Shown here: one piece after another, positions 1-12,399 of the stretch
Numbering within the stretch: position 1 is the stretch's first letter
Layout: each line of letters starts with the position of its first letter
IMG/VR virus record: IMGVR_UViG_3300042887_001434
Span: 3,021-67,020 of that record
From: a virus
Length of the DNA stretch: 64,000 nucleotides
Strand: one strand, 5' to 3'
The notes under the pieces: model-generated
What the model saw: only the letters and a program-made list of their open reading frames with translations
The model's database searches: none
Told to the model about the DNA's origin: nothing
Translations under genes and position numbers: made by a program

Positions 1-201
1 TAATGAAACAATTTTATATATTTGCCCTGGTATAAATGATCCAGATGTATCTATAATAGAACCAGTTAAATCTATATTTTGATTAATTGTTACAGTAAAA
101 CCATTAGCGTATACAGTGTCATTTAATGATGGAATAACTCCACCTGACCATGTTGCAGTTGAGTTCCAATTACCTGTTGCTTGTGCTTTTCGTACTGCCA
201 T
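1..201 (-). CDS. Partial virion fibre/adhesin-like protein (runs off the window start)
   Basis: ATG at 201 opens MAVRKAQATGNWNSTATWSGGVIPSLNDTVYANGFTVTI, with no stop before base 1; not in the ORF track; follows the collagen fibre gene. Confidence 0.6.
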   Translation of the reverse strand, partial: MAVRKAQATGNWNSTATWSGGVIPSLNDTVYANGFTVTINQNIDLTGSIIDTSGSFIPGQIYKIVSL

Positions 202-218
202 AAAATATATTTATATAG

Positions 219-2027
<1,809 letters not shown>

Positions 2028-2031
2028 TTAA

Positions 2032-2427
2032 TTAAATCATGCCTAGCTTTTTAGCTTTATCACTCAACTGAGATGCATACCCTTGTTCCTCTTGTGGAGG
2101 TTCAGACATATCATCTTCATTTGGTTCAGGCATTTCTTCGTCTGATTCTCCAGAAAGAGGAAACCCATCAACTGCAACTAAATAAAATTTACCTTCGCCA
2201 TCATAGCGAATTTTTGCGAGAACTTCCTTCTCCTCTCCATCTTTCATATTTGAATAATCAAATCCTTCTGGAGCATTAAATTCAACATTGCCTTCAGCAG
2301 ATTCATTTTCCATTTCGTTCTCACATGCTGGACAACCTTTATCACCGCATTCTTCACACATACCCTTACCCTTTTCTCCACCCTTACCAACTCCAATAAT
2401 AATCGCCATTCCGTTTTTATCTTTCAT
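2032..2427 (-). CDS. Acidic hypothetical protein with CxxC-x3-CxxC
   Basis: 131-aa ORF in the structural operon containing CEECGDKGCPAC. Confidence 0.6.
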   Translation of the reverse strand: MKDKNGMAIIIGVGKGGEKGKGMCEECGDKGCPACENEMENESAEGNVEFNAPEGFDYSNMKDGEEKEVLAKIRYDGEGKFYLVAVDGFPLSGESDEEMPEPNEDDMSEPPQEEQGYASQLSDKAKKLGMI

Positions 2428-2454
2428 AATTTTTATTTGCTAATTTTATTTGAA

Positions 2455-2479
2455 GTGAGGGGGGATAGAACCCCCTCAC
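2455..2479 (-). terminator. GC-rich hairpin downstream of the capsid gene
   Basis: GTGAGGGGG/CCCCCTCAC 9-bp stem about 30 nt after the MCP stop; U-tail is weak. Confidence 0.5.
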
Positions 2480-2509
2480 CTCAAGTTGGATTTTAAACTA
2501 CTCTAACTC

Positions 2510-3694
2510 TTACGAGCAAGTCGAGTAGATTGTTGCTGGAGTGCAACGCTGATGCATGATTGCATAACCCCATTCAGGACGCTTAACTTGCGAACCTTGC
2601 ATGAACAATGCAAAGAAGTAGCCATTGATTCCAAGAATGTTGTCGATGTTATCCTTGTTGTTGATCCAAGTGAACTCACCACGATAGTTAACAGGATCGA
2701 ATTTCAATCCGCTACCAGGGCTAGTAATAACTTGAGCAACACGGGATGTGTAGACATTCGGGTTGTAGATGAAGCTAACTTCGTAAGGAGCCGAGCGATA
2801 AGCAGGGTTCACTACGGATTTAAGTCCAGTCGAAGCTGCGGCAGTCGTGAAGAATGGCACACGAACAAATGCACCACCAACGAAGTCGTAGCGAGGAGCT
2901 TGACGATCAACCAAGTGAACGAAACCACTGTAGCTGAATGCAGCACCAAATGGCTTGATTAACTCATCGACCTGAGAAGAGAAGCGAAGATCCTGACGGA
3001 TGTCTGCATTCTGTTTCTTGAGATAGTTGCTGGTTTCTGGCGAGCAGATAAGAGCATACTGAGGTTCACCATCAACCATTGCATAATGACCTTCTGCGGC
3101 ATCGCGGCTCAGATCGAGATAGAACTGATCTAAGATACCTTGATCCAATGCAAACAAAGGAGCAACGGATGGGAATGGTTGGTTAGTTCCAGATGTGGAC
3201 ATAGACAAAGAATCAGCAACATCGAGAACAACTTTGTTACCAGAGAGACGAGAGAACTCATCACGATAACGATTGCTCCAGAACCACTGAGAATTCTCTT
3301 TAAGAACTTTAACTTCACCAGCAAGCTGCTCTTCAGCTTTCCATGCGGTACGAAGATCGTTCACACAGAAGCCAGGGCTACGAATAGCAGCCTGTTGAAG
3401 ATTGTAGCTACGAAGAGTACGGGCAAAATCAACAACCTGTGGAGTTGGGCTACAGGAGTTGCCAGTGCCAGTGTTCGTTCCAACGTCTGCCCATGCTGTA
3501 GATCCAGCATCAGGAACAGTGGAGCGTTCTTGAACTAAAGTTTGAATAGTTTCACCCATTCCAGCAGGAAATGTATCCTGTTTGATGAGGCGATTCCATG
3601 GATCAGTTGCGATCAGTTTAGCGGAGATCATTTCTCCGATACGACCAGCTTCTTGCTGAAGCTGATTATTTACGTTATTTAAAGGTACGGACAT
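2510..3694 (-). CDS. Major capsid protein (putative)
   Basis: 394 aa, in portal-scaffold-capsid order, codon usage suggesting high expression, long leader and downstream hairpin. Confidence 0.8.
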   Translation of the reverse strand: MSVPLNNVNNQLQQEAGRIGEMISAKLIATDPWNRLIKQDTFPAGMGETIQTLVQERSTVPDAGSTAWADVGTNTGTGNSCSPTPQVVDFARTLRSYNLQQAAIRSPGFCVNDLRTAWKAEEQLAGEVKVLKENSQWFWSNRYRDEFSRLSGNKVVLDVADSLSMSTSGTNQPFPSVAPLFALDQGILDQFYLDLSRDAAEGHYAMVDGEPQYALICSPETSNYLKKQNADIRQDLRFSSQVDELIKPFGAAFSYSGFVHLVDRQAPRYDFVGGAFVRVPFFTTAAASTGLKSVVNPAYRSAPYEVSFIYNPNVYTSRVAQVITSPGSGLKFDPVNYRGEFTWINNKDNIDNILGINGYFFALFMQGSQVKRPEWGYAIMHQRCTPATIYSTCS

Positions 3695-3941
3695 ATATTT
3701 TTATTTCTAATTTATTTTTGTTAAATTTGTTTTTACTAATAAACTTTAAAATTAAAGTTCTATAATAATTTCACTATCCTATACTGAGCCAGTGTATAAG
3801 CCATTGAGGTGTTTATTAAAGCTCTATTAATTTGTACTGATTTATGGGTCAGCGTCCATGATATAGTTATTTCAACAGACAATATCAATCTGCAATTTAA
3901 TCGTTACGTTATTGTTAAAAATAATGCAAGCTTTTTTTAAC

Positions 3942-3973
3942 AAAAAAAAGAGGATGCTTTTAACATCCTCTTT
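3942..3973 (-). terminator. Rho-independent terminator after the scaffold gene
   Basis: AGAGGATG/CATCCTCT stem followed by T8 on the minus strand. Confidence 0.7.
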
Positions 3974-3993
3974 CTTCATTAATTTTATTTGTT

Positions 3994-5193
3994 TTAAGTT
4001 GCCATCCTTGACACTAGACCTTTAACAAAATCATCTGTATCAATCTTACTATAATCAACAGATTTCCTAGACTCTTGTGGAGTGCGTGGGGAATTTCCAC
4101 TATTAACAGATGGTGATGAACTCCTAATCTTTACATTATTTTCTTTTGTTTCATTCAACTGAGATTTTAATGTGTTGATTTGTTCAATCAAGTCAGGCAA
4201 TACAGTTGCTCCAAGAATGCCATACACCTTTAGGTTTTCGGGCCATGAATCATAATCCATTAGCTCTTTTTTAAGAGTCTCTGAATTAGGACGTTTATCT
4301 TCAGGAAGCAAATTAAATACCTTTTCAGCTACCTTGGGAAGAACGTCAGAAATAGCACTTTCACGTTGAGCGTAATATTGTTCTTGCTGTGATTGCATTT
4401 CTTTATTTTGATTTTCCAATGATGCTTCATATGCTGCTTTAGAATTAGATTCAATATCCGCTTTCCTGTTTTCAATCTGAAGCAAGTTGTCAGCTAATGC
4501 CCAAACTTTAGTTTTATCTCGTTCAGACCAATCAGCAATAACTGACTCCAGTTCCTGCGGATTTCCATTAACGTCAGCTTGAATTGCATTAATTAATGCG
4601 CCCGTATCAGTTTGATTTCGTTTAGCAAAATACTCAACATCACTAATAATTCCATTTAATGGTTGAGTTATATATTGTTTCCATTCTTTTGTAGCCTGAA
4701 CTCTAGTTAAATAAAGCTCTCCATCAATAGAATCACGCTCATTTTGAATCTCTTGAAGATTTGCTTTTAATTCAGCAACTTCCCTAGCTTGCTGCTCAAA
4801 TTCTTCACCACGTTTTTTAAGATCAGCTAATTCTTTTTGGGCAGACTTCAATTCAACCTCGGCTTGTTTTAATTCTTTCCACCGAATCTTAGCTTTATCT
4901 TCTTGAGGTTGTGATTCTACAGTTGAATCATTATCTTTATATTCCGATTCTTCTGATTCTTTATTAACCGATTCGCCTGATTTGCTTTCTTCTTTTTTGG
5001 TATTATCAACATAGTTGATTTGCTTATCAGTTGAATTTGCATCTATTGGAGCAGTTGGTGTGCGCTCAATACTAGATGAAGTATTTAAATCCATTTTACC
5101 AATCGAATCAATTGCTCCACGAAGATTAGAAATAGCTGCATCGGATGATACAGTTTCACTTGTTTGAGGTGCGCTTACGTTTTGTTCTGACAT
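3994..5193 (-). CDS. Capsid scaffolding protein (putative)
   Basis: Acidic disordered N-terminus, long coiled coil, immediately upstream of MCP. Confidence 0.7.
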   Translation of the reverse strand: MSEQNVSAPQTSETVSSDAAISNLRGAIDSIGKMDLNTSSSIERTPTAPIDANSTDKQINYVDNTKKEESKSGESVNKESEESEYKDNDSTVESQPQEDKAKIRWKELKQAEVELKSAQKELADLKKRGEEFEQQAREVAELKANLQEIQNERDSIDGELYLTRVQATKEWKQYITQPLNGIISDVEYFAKRNQTDTGALINAIQADVNGNPQELESVIADWSERDKTKVWALADNLLQIENRKADIESNSKAAYEASLENQNKEMQSQQEQYYAQRESAISDVLPKVAEKVFNLLPEDKRPNSETLKKELMDYDSWPENLKVYGILGATVLPDLIEQINTLKSQLNETKENNVKIRSSSPSVNSGNSPRTPQESRKSVDYSKIDTDDFVKGLVSRMAT

Positions 5194-5207
5194 ATTAATT
5201 ATTTAAT

Positions 5208-5324
5208 TTACTTCTTAATGGCGGCACGATGACGTGCTGCCCATGGTTTCGTTTTAGTTGTAGAGCTTTTGACTGCTGGTTTAGATTCAGTCATTGGCTT
5301 AACTGCCATTGGTTTTTTTTCCAT
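5208..5324 (-). CDS. Small basic hypothetical protein (38 aa)
   Basis: MEKKPMAVKPMTESKPAVKSSTTKTKPWAARHRAAIKK fills the operon gap; not in the ORF track. Confidence 0.5.
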   Translation of the reverse strand: MEKKPMAVKPMTESKPAVKSSTTKTKPWAARHRAAIKK

Positions 5325-5328
5325 ATAT

Positions 5329-5700
5329 TTACTCCTGTTGATTGTTTCCTACCATTGATAGCTTTTCAGCTTCGTTTATTTCATCAACCGAGTATAGCCC
5401 AGTTGAGAAAAGTTTTTGCCTAGCTTGAACGATATATTCCTTATCTAGTTCAGAATTCTTTTGATTGGATACTTTAGTAAGAGATTTTAACTTCTGATAA
5501 AACATATCAGCACCAATAGCCTTTGCTCCTTCAATTACCATTACATCCATTAAATCAATGCCAACAGTTTGCCTTGGTTCCTTTGGGACACATTCTTGTT
5601 TAACAATCACAAATGCTTCATTAAGCAATGGATTGTTTAATAATTGCTCTAAATTTAATACCTTATCTGAGTTTAATTGAAACTCTTGCCTTGATGTCAT
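5329..5700 (-). CDS. Hypothetical protein downstream of portal
   Basis: 123 aa, 4-nt overlap with the portal stop. Confidence 0.7.
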   Translation of the reverse strand: MTSRQEFQLNSDKVLNLEQLLNNPLLNEAFVIVKQECVPKEPRQTVGIDLMDVMVIEGAKAIGADMFYQKLKSLTKVSNQKNSELDKEYIVQARQKLFSTGLYSVDEINEAEKLSMVGNNQQE

Positions 5701-8012
5701 ATACGGATTCCTCCACGTTGTATCTTACTTGCAGCTTCAGCATCACGTATAGCCAGTTTTTGTGATGCATCTTGTTGTTTCATAACCATGCGTTGATTAT
5801 GTTCAATCATATCCATTTGAAGTTTAGCTTCACGTTCTGCGCGTTGAGCTTCTATTTTAGCTAAAGCAACAGGATCAATTTGAATTTGCTCTTGTTGTTG
5901 AGCTTGCCCCATCAATTGTTCTTGTTGTTGGGCTTGCTGTTGTTCTCCCATTAATTTTTGAACTTTCAATGTTCCATTGTGAAGAATCTCGTCTGCATTT
6001 TGTAATGCCTTCCTAAACATAGCGGATTGCTCGCGCATCGTAGGATCACCAGATAGACGTTCAACGTGCTGCGAGAAGTGCTGGTTAAGAGTATTGATTC
6101 CTTCAAGCATTGGCGCAATAGATATTGGATCTGAAACAAGCGCATCTTGAGCTTGATCAACAAGAGGTTGAAGTGCTTCAAGGTGAACCTTGGCATGAAC
6201 AAGATCATTCTGACCATCCAGAACTTGGATTTGACCACCCATAAGAAGTACATTATTTTCAACTTGTGCAAGTGATGCATCGAATGTTGGTTTTTCTTCT
6301 TCACCTGGTTGCACTGCATAACGTGATGCATTCTCATATCCAGCAGTTTCAGATGCAATATCCCAAATAAGATTCTGCTTTCCGAAATCAGGCAATGAAC
6401 CAAACATCCCCATCAACCTATCAAAAGCAATCATGCGTGATGCTTCAGATCCCGCTCCAATTGGTTTAGTAATGCGTAGCCGATCAACATCCAAATCAAA
6501 AAATGCTTTAAGATAACGATCACGATCACCAAATCCATCGTTTCCTCTACGAAGTAAACGCTTATGAAGTCCAGCAATATATGAACCACCTGGTTCCCGT
6601 GCATCAAAGTCTTTACGTTTCATCCTGCGGACCATTTCTTTAATTAAAGATTCCCATGGGTCAAAGAATAGATTCAATGCCGACACAGACATCTTGGCAA
6701 TATTACCCATTTCTGCACGAACTTGGGTTGCTGATTTCTCTGTGCTAGTGTTAACTAAAGATTCCGTATTGTAAGCAGATGTACGTTCTCGGAAAATCTG
6801 AGTGAAAGCATTTACAATCGGTAATGACCCATTACTTACATTAGGAACTATAGTGTCTTTAATAACGTCAATATTAGGAGAAAGTAAATTATATATTCCA
6901 TTTGGCATGAACTGCATTTCCTGTAATGCCGTCTCATCTTTAGGTTGGAATGTAGGAGCGGAACCAAATGATGCAATCTCAAGCAATGAGCAATAAGCAC
7001 GATTTAATGCGCCATTAAGCGCAAATACATCGTACCCTTGACCACGAACACCATGGTAATATCCATTCGTTCCAACACCATATGTAAATACTGTGTATGC
7101 TTGGAAGCTGTTTTCAAACCTTCCTACTTTTTTAAACATGAATTCTTGTACAGCATTATCATCTGAAATCATGTAATGCGATACACGTTGATCAAACTCA
7201 GTTACCCATAAATGAACCACACGTATAGATTGTTGATTTGCTGCTTGTGTCGTAAAGAATAAATCGTTGTTGCGAAGTTCCATTTCTAACTTCTCCCAAT
7301 CGTATTGACGGAAGTTATAATAATTGTTATTATTATTTACGCATGAAATGATAGCTTTCTTGCATACCTCAACATCGAACCCGTGTAGGGTTGCCATTTC
7401 TTCATCTTTAATAAGTTGATATAATTGTGTTGGAGAATAGAATCGCAAGCAAGCAGCTACATCAATGTTCTCTTGACCAATCTCAGTTTTACGTGGGATT
7501 TTAAAGTCAGACATATCAGTAGCTTTCCAACGCCAATCCCATTCATCGTTGAACAAAGCAAGACCAACTCCATGCTTAATAAAGCTATTGCATAACTTTA
7601 AATACGTAGGAAAGAAGTTGCGCCATGAACGGATGCATGCAGTTACTTCTTGAGCGACAACATGCTCAAGTTCATCCCGTTCATTTGCGTTTCCATAATT
7701 AGTGCTGCAACTGAATAATGTTTGTGGAGCGTTTATAATATCAGTATATCCAGCAATAGCTGTATCTAATACTTGTTTAGCAAATCCCCAAGAGACGTTT
7801 ACACGATATGACTGACCAGCATTAATTAACGCACGTTCATCATATGGACGTTCATTATCATAAGCCGCATCAATTTTACTGCGGTCAAAAGCGGACACGG
7901 CATCTGCCCTACGTAATGTCTCCCAAATCTCATATGCTGATTTCGCGTCTTTAATCCTAGATTCTGGTGGTTTGCCATTATCTTTTGAAAGTGTCTCTAA
8001 TACATCGCTCAT
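5697..8012 (-). CDS. Portal (head-tail connector) protein
   Basis: 771 aa, SATQV motif, Gln-rich helical C-terminus typical of podovirus/P22-like portals; position upstream of scaffold and MCP. Confidence 0.8.
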   Translation of the reverse strand: MSDVLETLSKDNGKPPESRIKDAKSAYEIWETLRRADAVSAFDRSKIDAAYDNERPYDERALINAGQSYRVNVSWGFAKQVLDTAIAGYTDIINAPQTLFSCSTNYGNANERDELEHVVAQEVTACIRSWRNFFPTYLKLCNSFIKHGVGLALFNDEWDWRWKATDMSDFKIPRKTEIGQENIDVAACLRFYSPTQLYQLIKDEEMATLHGFDVEVCKKAIISCVNNNNNYYNFRQYDWEKLEMELRNNDLFFTTQAANQQSIRVVHLWVTEFDQRVSHYMISDDNAVQEFMFKKVGRFENSFQAYTVFTYGVGTNGYYHGVRGQGYDVFALNGALNRAYCSLLEIASFGSAPTFQPKDETALQEMQFMPNGIYNLLSPNIDVIKDTIVPNVSNGSLPIVNAFTQIFRERTSAYNTESLVNTSTEKSATQVRAEMGNIAKMSVSALNLFFDPWESLIKEMVRRMKRKDFDAREPGGSYIAGLHKRLLRRGNDGFGDRDRYLKAFFDLDVDRLRITKPIGAGSEASRMIAFDRLMGMFGSLPDFGKQNLIWDIASETAGYENASRYAVQPGEEEKPTFDASLAQVENNVLLMGGQIQVLDGQNDLVHAKVHLEALQPLVDQAQDALVSDPISIAPMLEGINTLNQHFSQHVERLSGDPTMREQSAMFRKALQNADEILHNGTLKVQKLMGEQQQAQQQEQLMGQAQQQEQIQIDPVALAKIEAQRAEREAKLQMDMIEHNQRMVMKQQDASQKLAIRDAEAASKIQRGGIRI

Positions 8013-8944
8013 TCTTCTTGTTCCTTATTTTTTATGGACAACCTATTTTTTCTTTTAGCTTTGTTAATTGAAATAATACGATCCTGTTTTTCTTCAAACT
8101 CTTCTACAATATCTTCAGCATCTTCAACAGATACTTGTTTTGCAATATTCATATTATTATTTTTATTATTGTTCAACAATAAGTTAAATAAAGATTCATC
8201 TTTACACCCATGAATTACAACGCAATCGTCATTTAAAGTGTTATTGTAATGGTTGTCCCATGCTGAATTAGAAATAGAATCACATATAATTAAATCATTT
8301 TGTTTACGATAATTATTTGTTCTCCAGTTATTTTGAATTAATTTAGAATCATTTAATTCTTTTGTTGTATACCATTGGATTACAGAAGTCCAGTGTCTAT
8401 TAGTTAATGATAAAGAAGAAAGAACTGGAATGTCACAAATATTAATTGAGTAAACTCCAACGCTAGACATCTTAGGTCCAGAAATTGATTCTGGTAAAAG
8501 CTCCCCATTTTTCCCCTCGTAGTTACGTTCTTTAACTCCTAAGAAAATTTTAGGTGTTCTTTTTTCCCGAATAGCTTTAGTTGTGTCAGCATAGTATTCA
8601 GTAGAAATCGTGTCGAGCCAGTTAGGTTTAATTGGCATCGAATCTAATTCAAACCAAAAAAAGCTATCATGTTCTTTTTTTCCTTTCAAAAAAGCGCATG
8701 TTTGCTGGAAATAATAGTTACATGCCATCGGATAACCTAGCATGTTATCATTAATCAAATGAATCTTTGATGTTAGAAATAAATGCTTAACATCATGCTC
8801 AAGCCCTTCAATTTCATTTTGATTTTCTTTTGATCCAATAACTAATAGGTCATGGTCAGCACCAACTGGAAATTTATTTATGATAGATTTAAATTGTTCT
8901 ATCAGATGTTTGTCATGTTTTGATACAGGTATTACTAATAACAT
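8009..8944 (-). CDS. Putative GT-A-like glycosyltransferase or hypothetical protein
   Basis: N-terminal LLVIPV strand, FFWFELDSMPIKPNWLD (ExD motif), VIHGCKD C-terminal His motif. Confidence 0.45.
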   Translation of the reverse strand: MLLVIPVSKHDKHLIEQFKSIINKFPVGADHDLLVIGSKENQNEIEGLEHDVKHLFLTSKIHLINDNMLGYPMACNYYFQQTCAFLKGKKEHDSFFWFELDSMPIKPNWLDTISTEYYADTTKAIREKRTPKIFLGVKERNYEGKNGELLPESISGPKMSSVGVYSINICDIPVLSSLSLTNRHWTSVIQWYTTKELNDSKLIQNNWRTNNYRKQNDLIICDSISNSAWDNHYNNTLNDDCVVIHGCKDESLFNLLLNNNKNNNMNIAKQVSVEDAEDIVEEFEEKQDRIISINKAKRKNRLSIKNKEQEE

Positions 8945-8959
8945 ATTATTTTAAATTAC

Positions 8960-9247
8960 TTACCATTTAGTTTTATCTGCCCAATATGCTGCTGACATTT
9001 TTCCTTTTGCTATATTTTTAGAATGTCTTGCTTTGAATGATTCTCTGCGTTTTTTATCAGAAGAAGACTCGCCTTCTTTCTTTGGAGAACCAGATACTCC
9101 TTGTTGCCCAAATCGAATTGTTTTAACTTTAGATCCTTCTTTAGCTAAAACAACATGACTTTTAGTTGGATGACTAGGTGTACGCTTGGGTTTATTTACT
9201 CCAGATACACCAAGACGATCAATAGATGATTTAATAAGTTCACTCAT
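8960..9247 (-). CDS. Small basic phage protein
   Basis: KTIRFGQQG...RRESFKARH...SAAYWADKTKW, a pattern recognised from aquatic phages. Confidence 0.75.
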   Translation of the reverse strand: MSELIKSSIDRLGVSGVNKPKRTPSHPTKSHVVLAKEGSKVKTIRFGQQGVSGSPKKEGESSSDKKRRESFKARHSKNIAKGKMSAAYWADKTKW

Positions 9248-9390
9248 TGTTCATTAATGATTATAGTAATTTGCTGCCTTAACCAATCAGAAAAATTAAG
9301 TTTCTTTTTTAAAAGCAATGCTGCTCTGAATTTCATCCATTCAGAAGGCTTTAGTTTTGCAACTACTCTATGTGTTGATTTTTCTTCCAC
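9244..9390 (-). CDS. Small ribbon-helix-helix-like regulator (putative)
   Basis: Probable GTG start at 9390: HRVVAKLKPSEWMKFRAALLLKKKLNFSDWLRQQI fits strand-helix-helix; divergent from terL. Confidence 0.45.
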   Translation of the reverse strand: MEEKSTHRVVAKLKPSEWMKFRAALLLKKKLNFSDWLRQQITIIINEQ

Positions 9391-9469
9391 AAAACATATC
9401 CTACATAAAGTATATAAGTATGCAATAAAAAAATTGCAGTCACCTAATATATTTGATAATTTATAAAGC

Positions 9470-11287
9470 ATGACATCAGTTCCAATCTACGGACTCCCTA
9501 TTGAGGGATACATCCACCAGTATGACTTTAACTGGAAAAAAGGCACACATCAGATAGCTATCGAGCTTGCTATGTTTAGAGAAAAAATCACTAAACGAAT
9601 CCCTGCTGACATTGGTGGAGTTGATACATTCTTTCACTTTAAACGCATAGCCAAGGCATTTTGGCCTGAGAAAGACAATAAGGCTCCAGCTAATTTTATA
9701 TGGCATCCATGGGCAGATAGGATGCTTCAAGCTGCATGTAAGCACGATTACATAGCAATAGCAGGGTCAGGTGGGTTTGGTAAATCAGAAGCATTCGCTA
9801 TATGGGCTATTATTAATTACCTAGCAGATCCAGAGAATACCATTGTCCTAGCTACATCAACTACAATTAAAGCATCTAAGCAACGTATCTGGGGAAAGAT
9901 TGTAAAGTACTGGACTGTATGCGAAAAGCTAGGTCTTCCAGGTAAGTTAATCGACTCATTAAATACAATTAGGTACATAGACAAAAATGGAAAAGCTACT
10001 CAAGGTGACTTGTCTGGGATCACCTTAATTCCTGGTGAGAAAAAGAAAGAAAAGGATGCCACTGGAAAGATGCAAGGTATCCACCAAAAGAATGTTATCT
10101 TCGTAGCTGACGAGTTATCTGAGCTTTCAGAGGCTATTACTGAGGTTGCATTCTATAACTTGAGCAAAGGTTGCGAACGCTTTCAGTTTATTGGAATATC
10201 TAACCCTGCTTCATACGTCGATGCATTTGGTAAGTTTGCTAAACCAAAAGAAGGATGGGAAACAATAAACGTAGACGATGATGATTGGGAAACATCCCGT
10301 GGAATTTGCTTGCACTTTGATACTCTTAAAAACCCCAACATGATTGCTGGAAAGAAAGTTTATTCATGGATGGATGCTCCTGAAGATTTGGAAAAAGTTC
10401 CAGTTGAAGAAAGGAATACTGCTTCATACTGGAGGATGTATCGTGGATTCTGGTGTCCTGCTGGCGTGTCGGATCAAATCTATTCCGAGGTTGAAATACT
10501 TAATGCTAAAGCTACAGACAAAGCGATATGGTTGGACAATAACCTTGTGCGAGTTGCATTCCTAGACCCATCGTTTACTAATGGTGGTGATAGAACTATT
10601 CTTTATTTTGGAACAGTTGGAAAGTTATCTGAACCACATGGATTTAGTGGATTGCAATTTGACGAATACATTCAGTTTAGTGAGGATGTAACTGATAAAA
10701 CAATGACCAGATCACAACAGGTTGTTAAATGGTTTAGGAACGAATGCATTGTTAGAGGAGTTCAACCTAAAAACGCTGGATATGATAAGTCTGGTGCTGG
10801 TGGTCCTCTGGGTGACTTTATATCCGTTGCATGGTCGAAAGACGTGTTTGGTCTACAATTCGGTGGCAGGGCATCAGAAAAGCCTGTTAGCGCATACGAT
10901 CCAACTCCAGCACATGATAGGTATGTAAACCATGTATCTGAAATATGGTACTCAGCTAAAGAGTATATGCGAACTGGTCAGATAAAAGGTATCGGTTCAG
11001 ACCTTATGGTTGAAATGTGCCAACGTAAACTAGACCCCAATGGAGAAAAGAATCTCAACCTTCGTATTAAAGTTTTACCAAAGACAGAAATGAAATCTAG
11101 GTTTGGCATGTCACCCGACATTGCTGACGCAGGAATGGGGCTATTAGCCCTCGCAAGAGAAAGGTTGAACCTTGACTCATCTAATGCTACAAAAGCCTTA
11201 AATCCAAGTAATCAATCAACAAGTAAATCTTGGAAAACACTATTTGGGAAATTTGATATTTATACAAAACAAAATTTATTTATGTAG
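9470..11287 (+). CDS. terL: Terminase large subunit
   Basis: Walker A GSGGFGKS, Walker B IFVADE, ISNP motif, RNase H-like nuclease FLDPSFTNGGD and SPDIADA. Confidence 0.9.
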   Translation: MTSVPIYGLPIEGYIHQYDFNWKKGTHQIAIELAMFREKITKRIPADIGGVDTFFHFKRIAKAFWPEKDNKAPANFIWHPWADRMLQAACKHDYIAIAGSGGFGKSEAFAIWAIINYLADPENTIVLATSTTIKASKQRIWGKIVKYWTVCEKLGLPGKLIDSLNTIRYIDKNGKATQGDLSGITLIPGEKKKEKDATGKMQGIHQKNVIFVADELSELSEAITEVAFYNLSKGCERFQFIGISNPASYVDAFGKFAKPKEGWETINVDDDDWETSRGICLHFDTLKNPNMIAGKKVYSWMDAPEDLEKVPVEERNTASYWRMYRGFWCPAGVSDQIYSEVEILNAKATDKAIWLDNNLVRVAFLDPSFTNGGDRTILYFGTVGKLSEPHGFSGLQFDEYIQFSEDVTDKTMTRSQQVVKWFRNECIVRGVQPKNAGYDKSGAGGPLGDFISVAWSKDVFGLQFGGRASEKPVSAYDPTPAHDRYVNHVSEIWYSAKEYMRTGQIKGIGSDLMVEMCQRKLDPNGEKNLNLRIKVLPKTEMKSRFGMSPDIADAGMGLLALARERLNLDSSNATKALNPSNQSTSKSWKTLFGKFDIYTKQNLFM

Positions 11288-11872
11288 ATGAATAGAAATG
11301 TTACATTGATTGTATTTGAGGGAGTTAAGTCACGTCACTCTGAATCTGGAAAATTATTTAAATACATTTGTTCTTTAGGTGATTTTGGAGATGCAGTGTT
11401 TATACGTGATGATTGTAATTATAAACAAGCTATGCAGTGGGAAATAGGTGTGTTTTATGAATATGTAAAAACTTCACATGCATTAATATGTACACATGAT
11501 GGATTTATTTCAAATCCCAATCTATGGAAAGATTCTTGGTTAAAATATGATTTGATTGGATCTCCTTGGCCTGAATATTATAATGTAAACAATCGTGTTG
11601 GTAATACTGGATTTTCATTACAATCAAAAAACTTTTTAGAAGTTGCTAAGTCGCACAGAGAATTATGGAATGGAGAAGCTGGAGATGTATTCTTATGTCA
11701 AATAATGCATGACAAATTTCGTGAATTAGGAATTAATTATGCTGATGTTAATGTTGCATCTGAATTTGGGTGGGAACATTATATTGAAGAAAATACATGT
11801 GGTCCTAATATATCATTTGGATTTCATGGATGGGTTGCTGGAAAAACAAAAGAACATTATTATATATTTTAA
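11288..11872 (+). CDS. DUF5672-like, glycosyltransferase-related protein
   Basis: HALICTHDGFI...YDLIGSPW...VGNTGFSLQS...DVFLC...FGFHG pattern. Confidence 0.65.
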   Translation: MNRNVTLIVFEGVKSRHSESGKLFKYICSLGDFGDAVFIRDDCNYKQAMQWEIGVFYEYVKTSHALICTHDGFISNPNLWKDSWLKYDLIGSPWPEYYNVNNRVGNTGFSLQSKNFLEVAKSHRELWNGEAGDVFLCQIMHDKFRELGINYADVNVASEFGWEHYIEENTCGPNISFGFHGWVAGKTKEHYYIF

Positions 11873-11877
11873 AAATT

Positions 11878-12399
11878 ATGAATCACGAATCAGAAACATC
11901 AAGGAGCAAACATTTACTAGAAAAGTATTGTGTTGGAATTGGCATGGATGTTGGTTATGGAGGTCAAAAGATAACTGAATCAGCATGGGCATTCGATATG
12001 CCTCAACCATACACTAATGTAGGCGGTGACGCTCAACAACTACGAGGCGATTGTAGAAAGTTTGATTTTATATGTGATAATGCATTGGATTATATTTATA
12101 GTAGCCATGTCTTAGAGGACTTTACGTATAATGAACTAATTGATATAATTAAAGAATGGCGCAGAATTTTAAAGCCTAATGGTTTTATTGTTACGAATTG
12201 CCCTAACCAACAGGTATTCTTGGCTCATTGTGCGGCAACAGGACAAGGAACTAACGATGCACATAAAGAACAAGATTTCTCATTATTAAACTTTAATGAA
12301 AGAGTGCTAAAGTTTACTGGAGATTGGGAGACTGTTTTTGAATATGATAACTTTAAACCTTACTCATGGTTGCAAGTTATTAAGAAAATAAACATTTAA
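11878..12399 (+). CDS. Class I SAM-dependent methyltransferase
   Basis: GMDVGYGG motif I, DYIYSSHVLED, EWRRILKPNG; ATG at 11878 preferred over 11830. Confidence 0.85.
   Translation: MNHESETSRSKHLLEKYCVGIGMDVGYGGQKITESAWAFDMPQPYTNVGGDAQQLRGDCRKFDFICDNALDYIYSSHVLEDFTYNELIDIIKEWRRILKPNGFIVTNCPNQQVFLAHCAATGQGTNDAHKEQDFSLLNFNERVLKFTGDWETVFEYDNFKPYSWLQVIKKINI

Noticed and set aside
3908-3919. Phage late-promoter motif GTTATTGTTAAA (also 36784, weaker near 34895 and 26270)
   Set aside because: Very AT-rich in an AT-rich background with inconsistent spacing to starts; cannot be separated from chance by eye
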